Assembly (NCBI GenBank): GCA_024280775.1
Contig: JAJRPM010000015.1
Span: 81,721-145,720, forward strand
Direction: 5' to 3'
Source: Candidatus Zixiibacteriota bacterium
GTDB lineage: Bacteria > Zixibacteria > MSB-5A5 > GN15 > JACZUZ01
DNA length: 64,000 nt
The notes below the pieces were generated by a model. The model saw only the letters and a program-made list of their open reading frames with translations, made no database searches and was not told where the DNA came from. Positions 58,507 through 64,000 of this stretch are shown here, piece by piece. Within the stretch, counting starts at the first letter, position 1, and every line of letters begins with the position of its first letter. The translations under genes and the position numbers were made by a program.

Positions 58507-58935
58507 CTAATTGAACAGCCAGATTAAGAACCATATTACAGCTGGAAAACTTACCACAACTATGGAAAACAGAAGGCCGCGTCTTAGTAGCATTGGTGAG
58601 CGTTCTGGAGAGGTTGAACGCCAACCTTTCTTCATTGATGACTCAAGGAGCCAGCCAAATGTGTAACAGAAATTGATAGCAAATGGAGCCAATACTATCG
58701 CGAAAGGCTCCACTGCATCTTCTCCAGGCTGAAGGTTACCCACCGCTTCAATAAACCAATAAAATAATACCAAGCTTGCTATACCGACTGATCCGACAAT
58801 GATGTTGTACGGGATACGTCTTTTCTCCCACCACATGATGATTCTGAAACCAGTCAAAGGCTCGGCAGGAGGAGCAAAGAACCATCTTAGGAATTTTTTT
58901 ATCATGATTGGTCTTGTCTTTTTATTTGACATCAA
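58507..58935 (-). CDS. small membrane protein (hypothetical)
   Basis: Four hydrophobic helices. No family recognised. Confidence 0.45.
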   Translation of the reverse strand: MMSNKKTRPIMIKKFLRWFFAPPAEPLTGFRIIMWWEKRRIPYNIIVGSVGIASLVLFYWFIEAVGNLQPGEDAVEPFAIVLAPFAINFCYTFGWLLESSMKKGWRSTSPERSPMLLRRGLLFSIVVVSFPAVIWFLIWLFN

Positions 58936-59036
58936 ATGTAGTCACGGGAACCCGCCCGATGGGCGGGCCACAGGTGTGGGAGGCAGTCGGTTTTAATTCG
59001 GGTGGGGCGCCTGCCGATCCTAGCTGTACGGCTGAG

Positions 59037-60857
59037 CTACATACGTAAGATAAGTCCTGTTTGGCCTACAGCCACTCCAGTTTTCTCTCCAAGTAATCCA
59101 ACTGCAAGAAGTAAATCTAGGTAGCTACCGCTCCTGCCTATCCAACTATCACCACCGTCATCTGTTCTGAGGATATATCCATTTGCGCCTACTGCAACTC
59201 CGATTGTTGTGGAAACAAAGCTAACGTCATTCAAGCTTACAGTTCCACCACTCCTCAAGATATTCCAATTCACACCGCCATCGACAGTTTTCAGAACAAG
59301 CCCTTCACTGCCAACTATGAATCCGGTATCTACATTCGCGAAGCTAACACCCAAGAGTGAATCCAACACTCCGCTGGTCTGACTAGCCCAGGTAATGCCA
59401 CCATTTGTCGTTCGTAACGCTATACCGTTGTCGCCCACTGCGGTGGCGGTTAGAGAATCTTCAAAGTCCACGTCGTTTAGGGTCAAAGTAGTACCAGAGT
59501 TGCTCCTGCTCCACGTGACACCGGCATCAGATGTGTATAGAATGGCGCCATCTCTACCCACTATTATCCCATGTTCAGCATCGCTAAAGCATACGCTGGT
59601 GAACTCATCTTCGGGGAAATCCGCTTGTTCAGACCACGTTTCTCCCCCATCAATTGTTCTGAGTATTGGACTACGCGAGCCAACCGCCACTCCTACACTT
59701 GAATCAATAAAAGTGACACCAAACAATTGAGCGTTTTGGGATTCTCTCATTATGCGCCAAGATATACCGGCATTGATTGTCCTCAGCACAATGCCACTGT
59801 CACCAACTGCAACTGCAATATTCTCATTGATCAGACTTACATCATGTAGTGTAGCTCTGGAGCCATTTCTTTGATTTTTCCAGCTGGAGCCGGCATCAGT
59901 TGTGCGCAATATCATCCCATTGGCGCCAATTACTGTTCCGTTAGCGCTGTCACTAAAATCTACTCTCCGCAAAAGCTCAGATCTATATGCGCCCTTTCTC
60001 TGCTGTAACCAGCTAGCGCCACCATCAAAAGTTCGATAGATTGAGCCCCAACCAAATACGGCTGTCCCATTATTCGCGTCTGTGAAACTAATATCTTGTA
60101 TGAAATCAGATTCTACATCAAGCAACTGCTTCCAGCTTGCGCCACCATCGACAGTACCCAAGACTACGCCATTGTATCTCGTAACAAAGCCAACATTCGG
60201 ATCTACAAAACAAACTCTCCTAACTCCCTCAATGCTCGTCGCTAGTCTTGTCCAGGTTGAACCGCCATCGGTAGTCTTAATTATCAAACCACTGTCTCCA
60301 ACTATCACTCCGTTGTCGACATCAACAAAACTAACACTCAGAAGATGCAGGGTGGTTCCGCTGGGCTGAATACTCCAATTTACTCCACCGTCGTTTGTTC
60401 TTATTATGACCCCGCCCACTCCTACAGCTGTTCCGTGGTTAGCATCAGAGAAACAAACATCAAAGATGTCATTGGGAATCCCACTACTCTGCTTTATCCA
60501 GTTTTGCCCACCATCATTCGTTCGTAAAATTGTTCTATTAAACCCGACGATTGTTGCAGAATTTGAGTCAGCAAACGAGACAACATCCAACCTCTGACCT
60601 ATGCCACTGCTCTTGGCTATCCAGGTAGTTCCGCCGTCGGTAGTTAGAATTATTCCCCCTGGCCCCCCCACAATGATTCCGATGCTGGAATCAGCGAAAC
60701 TTACACTTGCGAATTTTCCTGCAATTGCTGGGACGCCTTCTCTAGTCCATTCCGCTAACTGCGCCGGGTTATCGCCCAAATCAGTCGGGGTGTCGTCACA
60801 CCCTATTAACGGTGACAATATCAGCAATGGAATTATGATATGTATTATTTGTTTCAT
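59037..60857 (-). CDS. lipoprotein built from about 14 BNR/Ycf48-like beta-propeller blades
   Basis: Lipobox PLIG|C. About 14 repeats of ~40 aa, each with a (T/S)xDGGxxW Asp-box (TDGGTTW, NDGGQNW, TDGGSTW, VDGGASW ...). Confidence 0.75.
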   Translation of the reverse strand: MKQIIHIIIPLLILSPLIGCDDTPTDLGDNPAQLAEWTREGVPAIAGKFASVSFADSSIGIIVGGPGGIILTTDGGTTWIAKSSGIGQRLDVVSFADSNSATIVGFNRTILRTNDGGQNWIKQSSGIPNDIFDVCFSDANHGTAVGVGGVIIRTNDGGVNWSIQPSGTTLHLLSVSFVDVDNGVIVGDSGLIIKTTDGGSTWTRLATSIEGVRRVCFVDPNVGFVTRYNGVVLGTVDGGASWKQLLDVESDFIQDISFTDANNGTAVFGWGSIYRTFDGGASWLQQRKGAYRSELLRRVDFSDSANGTVIGANGMILRTTDAGSSWKNQRNGSRATLHDVSLINENIAVAVGDSGIVLRTINAGISWRIMRESQNAQLFGVTFIDSSVGVAVGSRSPILRTIDGGETWSEQADFPEDEFTSVCFSDAEHGIIVGRDGAILYTSDAGVTWSRSNSGTTLTLNDVDFEDSLTATAVGDNGIALRTTNGGITWASQTSGVLDSLLGVSFANVDTGFIVGSEGLVLKTVDGGVNWNILRSGGTVSLNDVSFVSTTIGVAVGANGYILRTDDGGDSWIGRSGSYLDLLLAVGLLGEKTGVAVGQTGLILRM

Positions 60858-61145
60858 GGTTGTTAGCTTTCAGAACATGATGTCAGTCATGTAGGTTGAA
60901 ACCCTTGTTGTTTTGACTTTTTGGATATTTGCAGACATATCGAAACCGCATGGGTTTTGAGCTACTAGAAAGATACGATTTAGGGCAGGTTTTGTCCATG
61001 TCTTCTACTCTGCCAGGACTACGGCTATATTGCTTTTGATGTTATATTCTTAGGGCAATATCCGAATCTCACTAAGTCCATGCGATCGGGTGGTCATAAT
61101 GTCCGGGCTGTGTTGCTTGTCGATATGTTGGCCTTGTCGTTGGGT

Positions 61146-62492
61146 TTAGGCTAGGGCCGGTTTTGGTTTCTTTAGTGATAGCATCAGGATTCCGAAGCCC
61201 AGTAACATGCTGATTCCTGAGCCGACCAGCACACCGCCCTTTGCGGTTTCCAGTAGAGCGCCGTCGAGAGCAAGTGAGGCGATAAACAAGGACATCGTAA
61301 AGCCTATCCCCGCTAGCGCTCCGGCTCCGACCATGGTGAACCAGTTCACTCTGTCCGGTAGTGACGCCCATCCTATCCCAATCACCAACAATGAACTCAA
61401 GAGAATTCCAATTGGTTTGCCAAGGACCAATCCGAGAATAACGGCTATTGACAGCGACTCACCAAAGCTGGAAACATCAAGAGCGACTGCCGCATTTGCC
61501 AGGGCAAACACCGGCATTATCAGAAACGCAACCCAGGGATGAAGCATAGTTTCCAGGCGTTCAAGTGGTGACACTGACTCTCGGGCGGTGAATAACGCCG
61601 CTTGGGCTAAGGAGAATTGCGCTTTGCGGGCTTTTTTCTCATCGTCCTCTGCTGTTGTCGTCCCAATAGTTACTAAGGTTTTCCGGGCTGACATACGCTC
61701 CAGAAAACTGGTTGCCGGAGTTAGCAGGCCTAGAATCACTCCGGCGATTGTTGGATGCACGCCTGATTTAAGGGTGAAAAACCAGATAGCGCAACCGACA
61801 ACTGTGTAAACCGGAACAGAGCGCACACCCAGTTTCTTTAGCAGAACAATCACACCAAAACCACCAACTGATAGCGCAAGCGCGGTCAAATGGATGCTCT
61901 CGGTAAAGAAAACTGCGATAACCGAAACCGCTAGCAGGTCGTCAACGATGGCCACAGACAGAAGGAATATCTTCAACCCATGTGGAACTCGTTTCCCAAG
62001 CAGACTTAGAATCCCGACTACGAACGCGATGTCGGTCGCCATCGGAATTGCCCAACCGACTTCTGACGGCTCTCCCTTTTGAAGCGCTAGAAAAATTATT
62101 GCCGGTATTATTGCGCCGCCTACTGCGGCCACTGCCGGTAGAATGATTTTGCGTTTTTGGCTTAGCTCGCCGGTTGTTAGTTCTCGTTTGAGTTCAAGAC
62201 CAATGACGAAGAAGAAAATGACCATCAGGCCGTCATTGACCCAATACCAAAGCGGGTAGGAAATCTCAGCTCCACCCAGGCTTAGCGCGAACAGTTGATT
62301 CCAAAACCCGTGGTAGGTTTCTGCGAATGGAGAATTAGCTATTAGTAACGCGACGATTGTTGCGCCAAGCAAAACCATCCCGCCTGAGGCCTCTATGTGC
62401 AGAAAACGCCGAAAAGGTTTTGTCAGCCTTTGAACGGGGCGTAGTTGTGGTTCGAGGTTCGAATGCATGTGCGTCACCCTTATATATCTCAA
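61146..62492 (-). CDS. nhaA: Na+/H+ antiporter NhaA
   Basis: FLHIEASGGMVLLGATIVALLIANSP N-terminal block, LAVSVIAVFF, and the conserved DD pair (AIVDDL). About 12 TM helices. The start could also be M9. Confidence 0.88.
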   Translation of the reverse strand: MRYIRVTHMHSNLEPQLRPVQRLTKPFRRFLHIEASGGMVLLGATIVALLIANSPFAETYHGFWNQLFALSLGGAEISYPLWYWVNDGLMVIFFFVIGLELKRELTTGELSQKRKIILPAVAAVGGAIIPAIIFLALQKGEPSEVGWAIPMATDIAFVVGILSLLGKRVPHGLKIFLLSVAIVDDLLAVSVIAVFFTESIHLTALALSVGGFGVIVLLKKLGVRSVPVYTVVGCAIWFFTLKSGVHPTIAGVILGLLTPATSFLERMSARKTLVTIGTTTAEDDEKKARKAQFSLAQAALFTARESVSPLERLETMLHPWVAFLIMPVFALANAAVALDVSSFGESLSIAVILGLVLGKPIGILLSSLLVIGIGWASLPDRVNWFTMVGAGALAGIGFTMSLFIASLALDGALLETAKGGVLVGSGISMLLGFGILMLSLKKPKPALA

Positions 62493-62697
62493 TATGTTGG
62501 ACGAACTCTCCCCCGCACGCGGCTGGGCGCGGCAATTGGGTTCGTTTGGTCATTATAGTCGGTTGAGGTTGTTAAGTTGTAGTTTTTTTGCGGCCTTTCG
62601 CTGGATTGCCGCTGTTTTGGAGAAGGGCTTAGTTACTTATGGGGGTGGGAAAGTTTTGGTGCAAGTTGGTAGTGAACTTGTGGTTCCTTGAGGTTAC

Positions 62698-63600
62698 CTA
62701 TCTAATGCAGTGATATGAGACGTTTTGCTCTGTGAGAAAAGTTTCGGCGGAGGCTCCGTGTAGCATTGCAAGTGTGGCGAGAAACCCTGCTTCTAAACAA
62801 TAATTGCCGATTACGGTCACACTGCGTGGCGCATCATCTATTGGCCATCCCGTGCGAGGATCTAGAATGTGCCCCATCCGTCGTCCATCAATGTAGCAAA
62901 AGCGACGAACATCTCCACTAGTGGCTATAGAACCGTTGCTGAGTTCAATCTCGCCGATTGCGCTGTTAGCTGCCTTTGGGTCTTCTATCCCAACAACCCA
63001 CGGGAGCGAGGCTTTCTCTGCAGTTATGGCGCGGATGTCACCGCCAAAGTTTACCATTAGAGACGCGCCAGATTCCTTAAAGAGCAAGTCAGCGACTTTG
63101 TCAACGGCGTATTCTTTGCCTATACCTCCGAGGTCTATTTCCATTCCATCCTGAAGACGTAGCGTCGCTCCATCCCATTGTGTGTGTTTCCAGCCAACTA
63201 GCTTGCGTAGTGACGAAATCAATTCTTGGTCTGGCTTTACATCTTCTCCGTCAAATTTCCATGCCTTGCGCAATACACCTGAGGTTATATCGAAGAGTCC
63301 ATCACTGAGCTGATAACAGTTTTCTACATAGTCAATCAGGTCACCAAATTCTTTGTCCACAGTTACCGGTTTTCCGCGACTGTTGTTTATTTTGTGGACA
63401 AGATTGTCATCTCGATAACGACTGAGTTTTTGCTCAATGCGTCTGGTTTCAATAAACGAGAGCGAAGCCAAATGTTCGGCTTCGCTCCTGTTCTTGCATC
63501 GCAATAGTATCTCACAGGGCCCGGCCATCGCAGAATAGGTTACGACCCAATATGATTCTTTTTGCTGTACTCGATATTGAGTTTCTGTTTTAGAGGTCAT
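62698..63600 (-). CDS. apbE: FAD:protein FMN transferase (ApbE family)
   Basis: MAGPCEI, FDITSG, DLGGIGKEYAVD, IATSGD and GHILDPRTG motifs of ApbE. Confidence 0.88.
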   Translation of the reverse strand: MTSKTETQYRVQQKESYWVVTYSAMAGPCEILLRCKNRSEAEHLASLSFIETRRIEQKLSRYRDDNLVHKINNSRGKPVTVDKEFGDLIDYVENCYQLSDGLFDITSGVLRKAWKFDGEDVKPDQELISSLRKLVGWKHTQWDGATLRLQDGMEIDLGGIGKEYAVDKVADLLFKESGASLMVNFGGDIRAITAEKASLPWVVGIEDPKAANSAIGEIELSNGSIATSGDVRRFCYIDGRRMGHILDPRTGWPIDDAPRSVTVIGNYCLEAGFLATLAMLHGASAETFLTEQNVSYHCIR

Positions 63601-64000
63601 AGCTAAATCCCAGGCGAACCATCACGGCTTTCAATTCGGGGAATAGGTTCTTTTGACTCAGCGGACCCATTGCCGCTGGCGGGCTGAGGTCACCGAATTG
63701 CTGGTAGTATTCCACTCCGAGGCTCAGGTGCGTTCCCTCTTCGAATGGAAACAAGTATTGTAGCCCTGCTGTTATTGCATGAAAAGGAGCCAACCTATAA
63801 TCGGCTGAAACAGAATTTGGCAAACCAGCTCCATCGAGCAAGTAGGATTGATAGAAGTTTGCTTGTGTTTGGTGATACCATCGGAAGTGCGGTTCAATTG
63901 AGTGGCCGACTTTCAACGGCAAATGGTAGCGAAAGTCCACAGTTTGAGACCTTATCCCCCAACTGTCATTGAAATAGCGATATGACAGGTCGATTGTATG
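63590..64000 (-). CDS. DUF3570-like outer-membrane protein, C-terminal part (gene runs off the right edge)
   Basis: The frame stays open from 63590 to the window end (HTIDLSYRYFNDSWGIRSQTVDFRYH...). It has Y/F-rich beta-strand periodicity and a terminal LGFSYDL, and overlaps the apbE start by 11 nt. The family call is tentative. Confidence 0.5.
   Translation of the reverse strand, partial: HTIDLSYRYFNDSWGIRSQTVDFRYHLPLKVGHSIEPHFRWYHQTQANFYQSYLLDGAGLPNSVSADYRLAPFHAITAGLQYLFPFEEGTHLSLGVEYYQQFGDLSPPAAMGPLSQKNLFPELKAVMVRLGFSYDL

Noticed and set aside
58950-58966. GC-rich hairpin CCCGCCC-gat-GGGCGGG after the BNR lipoprotein gene
   Set aside because: It could be a terminator stem, but no T run follows on the minus strand. 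Left uncalled.

Overview
This 64-kb window is bacterial chromosome, read by eye from the sequence and ORF track with no database searches. Family names come from motifs I recognise and are graded accordingly.

Contents: about 55 credible CDS and 3 tRNAs (Gly-CCC, Arg-CCT, Pro-CGG). There is no rRNA, no CRISPR array, and no transposase, integrase, reverse transcriptase or recognisable defence gene.

Nearly all genes lie on the minus strand. Four short plus-strand islands all encode exported or envelope proteins.

The host is probably an uncultivated Gram-negative bacterium of the FCB type. Supporting signs are a T9SS-type C-terminal sorting domain, PorV-like barrels, many lipoboxes, and a sigma54 activator with a sigma54 promoter.

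Modules from left to right:
- der, a DUF512-type radical SAM-like gene, and tRNA-Gly.
- tatC, nrdR, a GT-C-like membrane protein, glyA, rpiB, ilvE and bioY.
- An acyl-CoA catabolic block: two acyl-CoA dehydrogenases, hbd, thiolase, then an AtuA-family gene, a carboxyltransferase, a biotin carboxylase and a separate BCCP. A plus-strand pair of small OMP genes interrupts it.
- A plus-strand envelope island and a dockerin-like/spondin_N protein.
- A Met/CxxC/His-rich secreted protein, then hsp20, dnaK and a CbpA-type J protein.
- A 1024-aa HExxH / PD40-propeller / Omp85-barrel protein with a BamB-like lipoprotein.
- A heptosyltransferase-GmhB fusion and uppP.
- An SNF transporter behind a 5x 14-nt TTGAC repeat.
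- An orphan NtrC-type activator at the end of a glycan/envelope gene string whose first gene has a near-consensus sigma54 promoter.
- Two PorV-like barrels.
- A poorly coding ~1.1-kb zone.
- Housekeeping genes with two tRNAs, a T9SS-tagged phosphoesterase, and nhaA, apbE and a DUF3570-like gene.

Best leads for something undescribed:
1. 49.5-50.6 kb: two tandem, colinear, Cys-rich small ORFs of no family I can name. One is frameshifted, and they sit behind three GTGAAT(C/T)TCAC palindromes.
2. The protease-propeller-Omp85 barrel with its BamB-like partner.
3. The sigma54 promoter, envelope gene string and orphan activator.
4. The iteron-like TTGAC array over the transporter promoter.

None of these is proven. 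Each needs homology, structure or expression checks.
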